Made by a program: the position numbers and the translations under genes. Under the pieces are notes generated by a model that saw nothing but the letters and a program-made list of their open reading frames with translations, had not been told where the DNA came from and searched no databases. From contig NC_069000.1 of assembly GCF_001194135.2 (NCBI RefSeq), positions 44,116,569 to 44,180,568 on the forward strand: a stretch of 64,000 nucleotides of DNA. The letters run 5' to 3'. This document shows positions 52,216-64,000 of this stretch, one piece after another. This DNA is from Octopus bimaculoides. Taxonomy: Eukaryota. The stretch's first letter is position 1, and every line of letters starts with the position of its first letter.

Positions 52216-52552
52216 ATTATTAACTCTGCCTTAGCGAAAGGAGAGGTATTGTTTCAGTTGCATTTGTTTGTTTGTTTGTCCGTCTGTGGACAAGATATTT
52301 CAAGAACCACTGCATGGATTCATATGAAACTTTCAGGGATGTTTGGCCTCATGACTGGAATGAACTGATCACATTTTGGGATCGATCTGGTACCAGACAA
52401 GGATTCTGCATTATTTTTCTGTTTCTTTTATTTTTGAGAGCGGTCGGGTTCATTTTTAGTATTCTCATTTGTGAGAGCAGTCGAGTTTATTTCAGATATT
52501 CTCATTTTAAAAATCATCTCCGGCTAATCATTGGTGTTGCCTTGGCAGAGGT
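52216..52552 (+). mobile_element. Helentron/DINE-like element (family E), second copy
   Basis: Colinear with the reverse complement of 1454-1828, including (TTTG)n and the 3' CCTTGGCAGAGG. Confidence 0.65.
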
Positions 52553-52652
52553 CAGGGTCGATAAATTAAGTACCAGTTGCATAGTGAGGTCGAACTAATC
52601 GACTGCCCCCCCCCCTCACTCCAAATTTCAGGCCTTGTGCCTAGAGTAGAAG
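52553..52652 (+). mobile_element. SINE family A, 3' half
   Basis: GGGTCGATAAATTAAGTACCAGTTGC..GGCCTTGTGCCTAGAGTAG. Confidence 0.85.
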
Positions 52653-52839
52653 AGAAATATGTTAATATTTTCTATGGTAGTGGACTGGTTAAAAAAAAAC
52701 AAAAAGAACTTTGGCCTAAAATGATTTGTACCCTTGGTTCCGGTGCCTTCTGAGTTCATGTCATATCCATTCTTTCCACTTTCCAGCAGCCATAATTCTT
52801 AAGCACCCAGAGATCAGACCAAAGACCTACCAGAGAATG

Positions 52840-53030
52840 TCAAACAGCTACAGAGTCCATTATTTACATTTGACAGATATTTGTCCTCATCTTGTTTGTT
52901 GTTAACACAACGTTTCAGCAGATGTACCCTCCAGCCTTCATCAGGTGTCTTGGGAAAATTTCAAACCTGGGTCCTCATTCCATCAAATGTAAATAATCTA
53001 CATAGTTCCTCATCTCTTAAATATGGAACT
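52840..53030 (-). mobile_element. Probable Penelope-like element terminal (pLTR) fragment
   Basis: Contains a minimal hammerhead motif of the kind described for Penelope-like elements. No RT or GIY-YIG ORF is present, and the limits are approximate. Confidence 0.45.
52904..52949 (-). ncRNA. Minimal type I hammerhead ribozyme motif (partly degenerate)
   Basis: The minus strand reads GACAC-CUGAUGA-A-GGCUG-GAGGGUACAU-CUGCU-GAAA-CG-UU-GUGUU. Both catalytic boxes are intact, stem I is GACAC/GUGUU, and stem III is the palindrome ACGU. Confidence 0.55.
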
Positions 53031-53620
53031 GAACTACAGAGTCTCCAAAGAACTAATTGTTCTTTGGTCTTCCTTTGAAAAGGAGAAGTGGAAATTCATC
53101 TTGCTTAGTAGACAAGGATTTCCTTCCCTGCCTCCAAGAAAAGCTTATCAATTTCTTAAAGTACCACTTGAAGAGGATGGAACTAATGGTGGTGGTGATA
53201 AGTATTACTGCTCTCTAGTGAATTTCTAGGAAAACGGGTGAGAGAGTAAAGAGTCTGGAATAACAGATGGATGAATGGACCAGCCATTCAGGCTTGTCTG
53301 TCTGTGTGGATTGGAGCAAATGACCATCAGGTGTGCTCTAATCACCCTGACAGGACACATCTGTGGTTGTAAACCAGTTTAGGGATTCTGGCCTTATTTA
53401 TACATCAGGTTGCATACATATATCTCTTATTTTTGACATGTTTCACTTATTGGCCTTTGACCTTGATGGCATTTTGAACTCAGAACAGTAAAAGCTGGAA
53501 GAGATGCCGTTAAGCATTTTGTCTGGCAATAATAATTCTGCCAGCTTCACTGCCTTTATAATAATAATGTTGCAATATTCAATTACATGTCTAAACTGGA
53601 AATAGCATAATTAATGTGTA

Positions 53621-53879
53621 CAGATATTGGCATAATATATGTGCAGATATCGGCATAATTTATGAGCAGATATCGGCATAATTTATGAGCAGATATCGGC
53701 ATAATTTATGAGCAGATATCGGCATAATTTATGAACAGATATTGGCATAATTTATGTGCAGATATTGACATAATTTATGTGCAGATATTAACATAATTTA
53801 TGAACAGATATTGGCATAATTTATGTGCAGATAATTAGCATAATTTATGTGCAGATATTAACATTATATGTTTACAGAT
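53621..53879. repeat. 23-bp minisatellite, 11 copies
   Basis: Unit CAGATAT(C/T)GGCATAATTTATG(A/T)G, head-to-tail with no spacers. Confidence 0.95.
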
Positions 53880-54418
53880 GATATTAACCTCATTTGTGAG
53901 CACAGTTGATAAAAATAAGCACCAGTTGAACACCAGGCCTCAAAACTTGCTGGCCTTCTGCTAAAATTACAATTCTCATCATCATTAGAAGCTGAAGTCT
54001 CGACTCATAAACTGTGCTTCACACTTCTGATTATTCAAACAATTCAGGCAACATCACAATATACTTGCAAAATGACTTCCACTGATACATCACTATGCTG
54101 TTTCCCATCAACATCATTCACATTACACACAAACATCCCCTTTCTATATACTTATCTATCCTCCTAACTGTGTAGCCAACTTACTGCCCTAACCACACAC
54201 ATATATTGAAAATTTCCATCAATTACTTCATATTTTTGAAATACTTCAACTGAGGAAGGTTTACGCAATGGATGCATTTCCAATTATATACAATACAAAA
54301 CCTGAAACGCACATAATAAATGATTTCAAAATATCACTATTTTGTTTGACTTCATTATTACAAAAAACACAGCTATGCCACTACATACTAGGTGGTCTTG
54401 ACTCCACTTATGCAGATG

Positions 54419-54465
<47 letters not shown>

Positions 54466-54789
54466 CTATGCCGGCATGGAACATGGATGTTAAATGATGG
54501 TGATGATGACATACAAATGTATCAAAATAACCCAGGGCATTTCGTCCCCGTTTATATCATAAAACAGCATATATAACATATGGTGCATCATGCCTGAATG
54601 CAAGGTGTGCAATGCAGACTGAAAACACAGAAACAAATCTAATTTTAATATGAATCCTTCAGTATTATGAGACAGCTGGAAAGTGGGTAAATACGTGCTG
54701 TGTGGGTTGTATGTAAGTACCCTGCTTCGTTAAAATAGGTTTGAGTTTTAAAAGTGCTCACCCAGTGCCTCTGGTACATTTGTGTGTGT

Positions 54790-54965
54790 ATGTGTGTGTG
54801 AACACGTGCGTGAGTGTGTGAACACGTGCATGTGTGTGAGTGCAAACGCGCATGTGTGTGAGTATGAACGCGTGTATATGTGTGAGAGTGTGAATGCGCG
54901 TGTGTGAACGCGCGTGCGTGTGCGTGTGAACGCACATGTGTGTATGAACGTGTTTGTGAATGTGT
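54790..54965. repeat. (GT)-derived minisatellite with recurrent GAAC motif
   Basis: GTGTGAAC(A/G)CG(T/C)G-type units in an alternating purine-pyrimidine background. Confidence 0.8.
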
Positions 54966-55629
54966 GTGTTTGTATGCTATTTGATATTTCACAAACAGTC
55001 CTATAAGTACATATACTTCTGTCAGTGTATTAAGACTGTAGCCTTAGTATTATGTCATTTACACACACACACATCATAAATATCATCATTTAACACCCAT
55101 CTTCCATGCTACCACACACAAACACACACACATTCATATATATATATATATACACAGCTACATCAATTTCACCGTGATTGTCCACACAATAAACAGGCCC
55201 TGAATGTCCAGTGATTGCACTTAAAGAAATCTTTCTTATTTGCCTTTCATTCTCTGGAATGGCTGCTGAGGATCGATAAAATAATTTCTACAAGAACCAA
55301 AAACTGACCTAAATGCTTGTTCTCCCCGTTTCTCCCCAGAATTTTTCGTATGGTACCAAAGTGAGAAGAAATTTCCATTAACATTTTGGTGAGGAATGAT
55401 GCCAAAAACTGTGACCAAGCTGGAGCAATGATTAAATACTTTTGTTTTTAAATAATACAGCTCCACTGCCAAGATCAAACTATACTTCAGCCCCCCCAGG
55501 GTTGACAAAATAAAGCCCAGTGAAATACTGAGGTTGATGGTATTAACCAATCCCCCCCCCCCAACACACACACACTCCCACACCCAACTCAAAACAGATG
55601 GCTCTGTACCTAAATTAGAAACCTAAGAT

Positions 55630-55785
55630 AATTATAATAATAATCCTTTTTACTATAGGCATAAAGCCCAAANNNNNNNNNNNNNNNNNNNNNNNNNNNN
55701 NNNNNNNNNNGAGTACGTTGATTACATCAATCCCAGTGGTCAACTGGTACTCATTTTATCGACCCCCTGAAAGGACCAATAGTTG
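55630..55785 (-). mobile_element. SINE family A, 3' part (spans an N-gap)
   Basis: AATCCTTTTTACTATAGGC..CAACTGGTACTCATTTTATCGACCCC. Confidence 0.75.
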
Positions 55786-55829
55786 GACTCAGCATGTAGC
55801 TGCTAAACAATACTGCTCTAACAATAATG

Positions 55830-55990
55830 GTTTCTAATTTAGGCACAAGGCCAGCAATTTCGAGAGTAATTCGATAGCGTTGATAGGAGTGCTTGATGGA
55901 TACTTTCTTTTATTGACCCTGGAGTGGGAGAAAGGCAAAGCTGTCCATGGTGGGATTTGAATTCAGAAGAAATACCATAAAGAAGTTTGT
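55830..55990 (-). mobile_element. SINE family A, degraded
   Basis: AGGCACAAGGCCAGCAATTT..GAAAGGCAAAG..GGGATTTGAATTCAGAA. Confidence 0.65.
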
Positions 55991-56019
55991 ACAACCATCA
56001 AACAATTTTGCCAATAATA

Positions 56020-56125
56020 TTAAACCAAGGCAGTTGATTAAGTACCAGTTGCGTACTGAGGTCGATCTAATCGACTGGCCCGCTCTCCAAAAATTTCGGA
56101 CCTTGTGCCTAGAGTAGAAAAGAAT
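56020..56125 (+). mobile_element. SINE family A, 3' half
   Basis: TTAAGTACCAGTTGCGTACTGAGGTCGATCTAATCGACTGGCCC..CCTTGTGCCTAGAGTAG. Confidence 0.85.
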
Positions 56126-56131
56126 ATAATA

Positions 56132-56347
56132 AAGGCGACGAGCTGGCAGAATCATTAGCATGCCTGGCAAAATGCTTAGCGGTATTTCGTTTATCTTTAC
56201 GTTCTGAGTTCAAATTCCGCCAAGGTCAACTTCACCTTTCATCCTTTCGGGATCAATAAATTAATTACCAGTTGCATACTGGGGTCTATCTAACCAACTG
56301 GCCCCCTCCCCCAAAACTTCAGGCCTTGTGCCTAAAGTACAAAAGAA
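56132..56347 (+). mobile_element. SINE family A, full length
   Basis: A-box-like TGGCAGAATCA, B-box-like GAGTTCAAATTCC and a complete tail. Confidence 0.9.
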
Positions 56348-56502
56348 CATTAAACCTGTTAAAACAATAATGCTGTCTTTATTTCAATTAAATCTGAAAA
56401 TAATGAAGAATTTGATAACACAACTCCCAGGAGTAATTTGGTGTTTGGAACATAAATTAACATAACATTTGGATGGAAGCTATTCTATTTAGATCACTTT
56501 AA

Positions 56503-56726
56503 CCCTTGTGTTACCATATCTCTGTTGAAACGCACCACCTTTGTTTCAATAAATTTTGAAAAAATAAAGAAGGAATTTATTCGAATATCTTTATTATTAA
56601 GCTGGTGTTTGATGCATAAATTAACATGAAATTTAGGTGGATGGTTTTCAAATTACTTTAAAAAGATGAAGTTTGTATCGTAGAAACAAGGGCAGTCTCC
56701 AGTAGGTTGGATTGGTATCAGAAGAG
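56503..56726. mobile_element. TTAA-type MITE
   Basis: TTAA|CCCTTGTGTTACCATAT start, related to 27348 and 30861. It is preceded by a partial copy at about 56400-56495. Confidence 0.65.
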
Positions 56727-57062
56727 TTGAATAGATTTCTAATGGAAAACCAGAAAAACAAGAAGACTGAAGGCAGCGAAGAGAAACGGCCATGTTTGAT
56801 ATTAGATGCAGGCAGGCTTTGCAGATGATGAATAAATTGTTTTTTTTTTTTTTTCTTTTTTTGTAGATGATGGTGGTGGGACAAGGCTAAGCCAATGTTA
56901 GGACAATAAACTGCTGCTGCTGATGAAGAATCAACAGGTAAAAAGGAGAAAGGAAGAGTAAGACAAGTAACAACTGTGTGATTGTGTGTGGAGCAGAATC
57001 GATTACACACTGAACAAGGATAACGGTGTAGAACAAAGAAACAACCAACATACTGTACATCA

Positions 57063-57146
<84 letters not shown>

Positions 57147-57507
57147 AGGTTCGATTCTTATAGGCAATTTCCTAGTCTTCTCTTTCATATACACGTACAT
57201 AAATGAGTCAATGTGTGTATGTGTGTGTGTGTATATATATACACACACATGTGGACATGTACACATATAGCATTACTATATATATATATATATATATATA
57301 TATCATCATATATATATACACACACAAAATATATGCAGACATATGTATATATAATATTACTATATATATATATATATATCATACATATAAACATATACAC
57401 GTACATATTTTATACATGTATATATATTATACACACCTCACATTTCTGTATTTATATATATATATATATATATATATACATGCATATATTAACATACAAT
57501 ACACATA

Positions 57508-57549
<42 letters not shown>

Positions 57550-57771
57550 ATACACACACATATCATACCCACATATGTGTGCATGAGTGTGTATATGAAT
57601 ATTCTCTCTTTACTGTTGGCTTAGTCACGAAGACTCCAAAATCGATTTTGCTATCACTGTCCACACACACACACACACACACATTGTCCTGTGTATGGCT
57701 GGCTGAGCGTAATAGCATCTACAAGTGTGTTTAATATTCTGTGTGCCTCTCTCAGCCTCATAATGAAACAC

Positions 57772-57806
<35 letters not shown>

Positions 57807-57894
57807 ACTACTACTACTACTACTACTACCACCAGGAAGTGAGTGATTGTCCAATAGACTCAAGTTGTCCAAGACCAACACCTCATTTAAACCG

Positions 57895-58130
57895 ATCGTT
57901 TCTCAACCATTTTCAGCCAATGAAACCCTTTGATTCCTATTTCACGCGACTGGCGTCCCATGTTAGGAAAGGTCCTATTATAATCAAATATTATTAGGAA
58001 TTGTATTAAAAAATTGTGTATCGTAGACGTATAAGCAATTTATTGCTCATAAGATTTAAGAAAAGAAAAAAATCTCATATGGACGCCCCCTCCCCACCAA
58101 GAAAAGGTTCAGAATGAAACCCCGGGATGG
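57895..58130. mobile_element. hAT-type MITE relic
   Basis: TTTCTCAACCATTTT start and TTGTGTATCGTAGA are shared with 48870-49062. Confidence 0.55.
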
Positions 58131-59008
58131 GAAGCATTAGTTTAAACAATACAGGGGTAAAGAGGAGACCTAATGCAGTCATATATATCTCCCCTTCACT
58201 CAGCTTCTTTATTCCGGTCATTTCATTATGTTCAACCGTTAATCCCAACACATTTCCCCACCCCGTTTTTTCCCTCTCATCCCTTTTCTGTCAAAGAGTA
58301 TAAGCTCAAAACTGTCCAAGACTTTTCTATTCTTCCCAAGCATCAAACTAATACACCTTCTTGCTGGTCCCTCCCCTGTCTTTTGCTTTCTGTACATTAC
58401 AACTGTGTGTGTGTGTGTAATTATATGGATGCATACAATAGGGTATATCCATGACAATGGACTGATGTCAAATAAAAGAAGAAAAGCAGGTGTCAGCAGC
58501 AAAAAGAAAAATTCATCAAATGGCCACACCTTAAACAACACAACCAGCATTACTGCCTCATTTCTCCCCACCCTGGATCCTTTCTCACTAAACTAACAGC
58601 TATGCTACAGCTGCACATCATCACACAAAGTGATAATAGACAACTGGGATTAAGTTGGCCATGGAGAACACCTGACTTTCTGGAAAGAAGGTGTATACAC
58701 ACACACACACACACAGAGCTTTTGTTTTGAGAGTGGGATCTGACTATGGGTGCTACTGTTGTCCATTCACACAGAACCATCGTCGAATTATCAAATAATA
58801 ATAGCTCCTGTTAATATACTAAGAGTGTATATACACACGCATACATATATGTTCACATATTCATATGTATATAAATATATATTCACACATACACACACAT
58901 GTACCAGTAATATTCTTGACAAGAATGAACTGGCCACACCCAATGTTCACCTTTCAAGAGAAATTCATCTGGTGTCTCATCAAGTGTGTATGTGCATGTG
59001 CGTGTATG

Positions 59009-59064
<56 letters not shown>

Positions 59065-59572
59065 TATTTATGTATCCATATTTTCATTTACTAGAGGTAC
59101 ATGTATGAAAAAGTATATATATATATACACACACACATATATATATATATATACATACACACACACGTACAGGTGTAAGGTGAGAACATACAAATATTCA
59201 AGTAAAAACCAATTTATATTTTTTTAATTTGTGAATAATTACAATAAATTAATGTAGAAGCAAGTTCTTGAGAAAAGTAAAATGATGAAAGCTGATGAGT
59301 AATAATGACCATGGGGAGATGATGGTGGTGGTGGGGATTAAGACGACACTGGACAGATAATGGCTATGACAGTGACATTGGTCATGCAATTATTGAGGAT
59401 ATTAACGATGATGAGGGAGATATTAATGACAATGATGATGACGCTAATGATATGTTGATGCAATTGGTTAGCAACAAGATAGTTGGCAAGAAATATCTGC
59501 AACACACACACACACACAATGGCCGACTGACTGTCCACATAGCTTTGTAGTTGTCCACTCATTATGAACGAA

Positions 59573-59634
<62 letters not shown>

Positions 59635-59736
59635 ATGGGCCTCTGCTTCGTTTTTTTGACTCACTTGTTGCACACAATTCGTAATATATGTATCTACAAA
59701 TATATGCCTATGTATGTATATTATACACACGTCTTT

Positions 59737-59801
<65 letters not shown>

Positions 59802-60055
59802 CACTCACACAAATACAACTTTTAAAAAATTTATATAATTTATGTATAATATTAAAAATATAAATAAACATATACACACACACACACAAACATATACATA
59901 TATATTTTAAGCACACCTATTTTAAATATAGTGTATATATATTCAATCTATAATTTATATACATACACAAAATGTTACTTCTTATGAGAGGAACTGAAAA
60001 TTAAGGGAGGGCACTGGTTAATTACATCAGCCCCTGTTCTGGAGGTACTTATGTT

Positions 60056-60320
60056 ATCATCATCATCATCATCATCGTTTAACGTCCGCTTTCCATGCTA
60101 GCATGGGTTGGACGATTTGACTGAGGACTGGTGAAACCGGATGGCAACACCAGGCTCCAGTCTGATTTGGCAGAGTTTCTACAGCTGGATGCCCTTCCTA
60201 ACGCCAACCACTCAGAGAGTGTAGTGGGTGCTTTTACGNNNNNNNNNNNNNNNNNNNNNNNNNNNNNNNNNNNNNNNNNNNNNNNNNTGCCACCCGCACA
60301 AGCCAGTCCAGGGGCACTGG
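60056..60320 (-). mobile_element. Family C (RTE-type 3' end), little-diverged copy
   Basis: (ATC)n-GTTTAACGTCCGCTTTCCATGCTAGCATGGG..GGATGCCCTTCCTAACGCCAACC. Confidence 0.85.
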
Positions 60321-60462
60321 CAAACTCCGAAAGTCGACCACAATGGAATTCGAACTCAGAATCTGAAGATAGATGAAACGCCATTAAGTATTTTGTCCAG
60401 CGCACTATTTCACCAGCTCACCATCTTATGTATGTGCACACACATAAAATATGCATATTAAA

Positions 60463-60498
<36 letters not shown>

Positions 60499-61204
60499 AT
60501 ATATTATAAATTAACTACTAACAAAAATAATTGGTAAGCTAACTTAAAAAATCATCACCTAAATAGCAGAAAAAAACGACAGTGAAGATATGCAGACTCT
60601 TCAAGAATCGATCCTTTTGGTTATATTAATATAACTCCTTCATTATCATTATTATTAATATACATATATATATATATAAAATATATATATAATATTAAAA
60701 AATTCTGAATATATATATATATACATATATATAAAATATAAAACATTTTATTAAATATATATATAGGAAATATTAAAAAATAATGTGCATGTTGGTAGAT
60801 ATGCAGTAGCGTCTAAGTAATGCACTATGAAGATAAAAGTAATGGATTTGCACACATTCACCACTTAATATGCACATACATGCACACAATGCATGAAAGA
60901 GGACAATTTCAAAGGGAAACGAAGCAGACTGCACACCGGTGCATCTGTCAATTTTTGCACCATCACCACGATTATCAAGCAAAATGTAACAGGCTCTAGC
61001 AGGCTTCTCTACCACCTGCCATCCTTTTACCAAAAGTCTTTGATCATATGATTTAATGGAAGGGATGACCAGAGGCTATACACCCTCCACAGTCTTAGAG
61101 TTCTCTAACCCAATATATTACAAATTAAACCACTCACTATTTTGCATTTTTCTTTCTGCCTCCCCACCACCATCACCACTAACAATTTCAATTGTAGTTG
61201 AGTT

Positions 61205-61350
61205 TTTTCATCATCATCATCATCCCGGTGCCATACTTGCATGTATTGGATGGTTTGACAGATTCAGATGGGCCCAAGGACTACATCAGGCTCCAGTGTA
61301 TACTTTCTCATGGTTTCTATGACTGGATGCCCTTCCTAATGCCAAGTACA
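61205..61350 (-). mobile_element. Family C fragment
   Basis: (ATC)n..CAGGCTCCAG..TTTCTATGACTGGATGCCCTTCCTAATGCCAA. Confidence 0.7.
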
Positions 61351-61874
61351 ACAGTGTGCGCACATGTGTGTGTGCATATACACACACACACACACGCGAA
61401 TTTTCTGTAAGAAAGCATTAATGATGAAACCCTGAAAGGGATGAAAGTACAAAATAGTTTTTATCCAGATTTTGCCCCCCCCCCTTTTTTTTTTTAATAT
61501 ACGTATATATATATATTAATTGCATTCTCTGCTGATCGATTCCTTAGATTCTCTTGTAGCTCAGCAGTAATACTCATTCTTTAACTACATTTAGAGAGAA
61601 CCAAGAGCTAAAATAAATGGTCTTATGTGGGTAGATTTGACAATCTCAAATTAATATTATAGAACAGGTACAAAAAGAAAAAAAAAAAGGTATCTGTCAT
61701 GATAGAAAATAGAGATTCTAATCCATAAAATATTAGGGGACTGGTCAGAAATAAAGACGGTGGAAAAATATTGTGTATGTACATATAAATTTTGTGTCTA
61801 AATTAATTACCACACGCATATAGATATATATATTGATATATATGAGTGGAAATTGAACTGGTGTGTTATACACA

Positions 61875-61920
<46 letters not shown>

Positions 61921-63167
61921 ATATATAAAAATATAAATAATTATGTACATAACTGGAGATGTGTGTGTGTGTATAATGTTTGTTGTAATNNNNNNNNNNT
62001 AACCTAAATACCTTCTGGGAAGAGCCATATATTTTTGAAGTATTTTTTTCAGTTTTGTTAACTCCATTTGGTGTAAGCTAAATCTTAAAGCACTTGAGAC
62101 ACTGCATGTAGCCTTAAGCAACTTATTTTTACTATTAGCATATTATTTTAATATAAAATGTACATGAATGCAACACATGTGCGCATATATATATATATAT
62201 ATATACACACATTTATATATATATATTATATTATATATATATATATATATATACATACACACACATACATACATATATATATATATATAAAAACGTTGGT
62301 CAAGTTAGATTGAGTTTTGACTGTGGGTACACAGGGTCTTCAAGTAAATTGAAACTGAAGAATATGAAGGAATATACACATGCACACACACATTGTGTGT
62401 ATGTGGGAGGTTCTGTTGTAGGGTACGATGGTGGAGAGGGAAAAAATATGAAGAGAAACAAAATGGAAAGGGAAAAACAGGGAAGAAGAGGGAGGGGTGA
62501 GTGTGTGTGTATATATATATAATTTAATACATATATAAAGCATCATTTAATGTCATATATTATGTATGTGTGTGTAATAATGTACTCTAACTGATATATA
62601 CCTATATACATAATTTATGTATATATATTTTGCCCTATACATACACGCTTGCTTGCAAATTTCTTCCCAACATGGCTCTATCTGAGCTCAAAAAAAAAGC
62701 TAGACATTTGAATAAAATATATTTATTTATTCCAAGACAATGATTCATTCTACGATTGATACTCAAGGTTTTCCTTCAATATACGTGATTCCATGGAATA
62801 TTCAGCTAAAAATTCTTGAGGACATTAACAAAGGATGAGGGTTTCAAATGAGCACAGATTGCTTTCAGAATAAAAATTGGAGGAAAAAAAAATGTTTTTT
62901 TTTTAAAAACCTCGATAGCTGCATGATGGTATGGATTTAAAATGAAGACAAAACCAATAATAAAAATGAATTTTGTTTTTTTTCAAGTATATTTTTAATA
63001 TAAGGCTTACAATAGTGAAATGGAAAGAGAAAGAATGAAAAGAAAATTTATGAAAAATTTGCAAAGGTTAGCAACAACCTGGTTTAGCAAATTGGGACAA
63101 ATGAGAAGGAAAACCCAATGGAAAATCTTAAATCGGTCTTTCTTCCAAGAACAAATCTACAAGATTG

Positions 63168-63213
<46 letters not shown>

Positions 63214-63427
63214 CACACACATATCTACACATTCACACACACACACACATGCATGCATGTGTGTGTGCATAAATATATATATGTATGGATATATAAATAT
63301 ATGTAAAATATATATTATGTATGGATGGAATTATGTATGTATATATTCAAATGTTGTAAATGAACAAGGAAGATAGTATTCAATATAGAAATGTAGACTA
63401 TTAAGTTTATTGGTTATTCGAACTTGG

Positions 63428-63523
63428 TTCTTTGTCTTGTGACTCGAGTTTCACGCCATTGTGATCTTTGGGTGGATTCTTACCTGAAGATTATAATGGC
63501 ACAAAACTCAAATCACAAAAGAA
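63428..63523. repeat. Diverged inverted repeat with hammerhead-like core motifs
   Basis: The arms align at 27 of 36 positions and all 9 differences are transitions. They contain CTGAAGA (right arm) and GAAA-CTCGAG-TC (left arm, minus strand). Confidence 0.7.
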
Positions 63524-63684
63524 TATATATATATATATATATATACTATAAAAAAAAGAAGAAATATATACATATAAGATTTTCATATTTTTACATATGC
63601 TTTCCATGCTGGCATGGGTTGGACGAGTCATCACAGTCAACTCACCTCCCATTAGGGGCTATTTTTCCCAAAGATTATACATAC

Positions 63685-63734
<50 letters not shown>

Positions 63735-64000
63735 NNNNNNNNNNNNNNNNNNNNNNNNNNNNNNNNNNNNNNNNNNNNNNNNNNNNNNNNNNNNNNNNNN
63801 NNNNNNNNNNNNNNNNNNNNNNNNNNNNNNNNNNNNNNNNNNNNNNNNNNNNNNNNNNNNNNNNNNNNNNNNNNNNNNNNNNNNNNNNNNNNNNNNNNNN
63901 NNNNNNNNNNNNNNNNNNNNNNNNNNNNNNNNNNNNNNNNNNNNNNNNNNNNNNNNNAAAACTGTACCGATTGCGATCACTATTTCCTGCCCCCACCCAC

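Larger units (their letters stand above)
3551..63957. other. Assembly gaps (N-runs)
   Basis: Major gaps at about 3551-4066, 6598-7342, 25489-25679, 26853-26992, 29094-29808, 32566-33100, 37844-38618, 45213-45528, 46998-47607, 48086-48233 and 63735-63957, plus five small ones. Most abut simple repeats. Confidence 0.95.

Noticed and set aside
53621-53879. CRISPR-like array
   Set aside because: The repeats are head-to-tail with no unique spacers, there are no cas genes, and the context is eukaryotic.
55236-55592. 118-aa minus-strand ORF
   Set aside because: Both ends are SINE-A-derived sequence. A stop-free run of this length is expected occasionally by chance.
53023-58596. Further + strand exon candidates (after TTTGAAAAG| near 53.1 kb, 55340-55388, 58441-58596)
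   Set aside because: Each has one plausible splice signal or peptide but no recognisable homology. Linking them would be speculation.
661-63996. Most ORFs in the supplied six-frame track
   Set aside because: They are translations of (TA)n, (CA)n, (GA)n or trinucleotide runs, or they run through N-gaps. No domains or coding bias were seen.

Overview
This is AT-rich, repeat-saturated animal genomic DNA from a draft assembly. It has 16 N-gaps and dense (TA)n/(GT)n/(GA)n/(ATC)n microsatellites. The SINE families, RTE-type LINE ends and microsatellite load resemble a coleoid cephalopod such as Octopus; this is inference from style, not a database hit. There are no prokaryotic features, rRNA, true tRNA genes or CRISPR arrays. 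Almost every ORF in the supplied track is an artefact of microsatellites or N-gaps. The recognisable content is mobile DNA: at least three tRNA-headed SINE families (my labels A, B, F), RTE-type LINE 3' ends and relics, TTAA-, TA- and hAT-type MITEs, a Helentron/DINE-like element, and a probable Penelope-like terminal fragment. No protein-coding gene could be named; a few isolated + strand exon candidates have good splice signals. The most interesting signals are a minimal type I hammerhead-ribozyme motif on the minus strand at 52904-52949, a second hammerhead-like inverted pair at 63.4 kb, several fold-back elements, and a CpG-retaining zone at about 44.8-48.6 kb. Repeat boundaries were read by eye and may be off by 10-20 nt.
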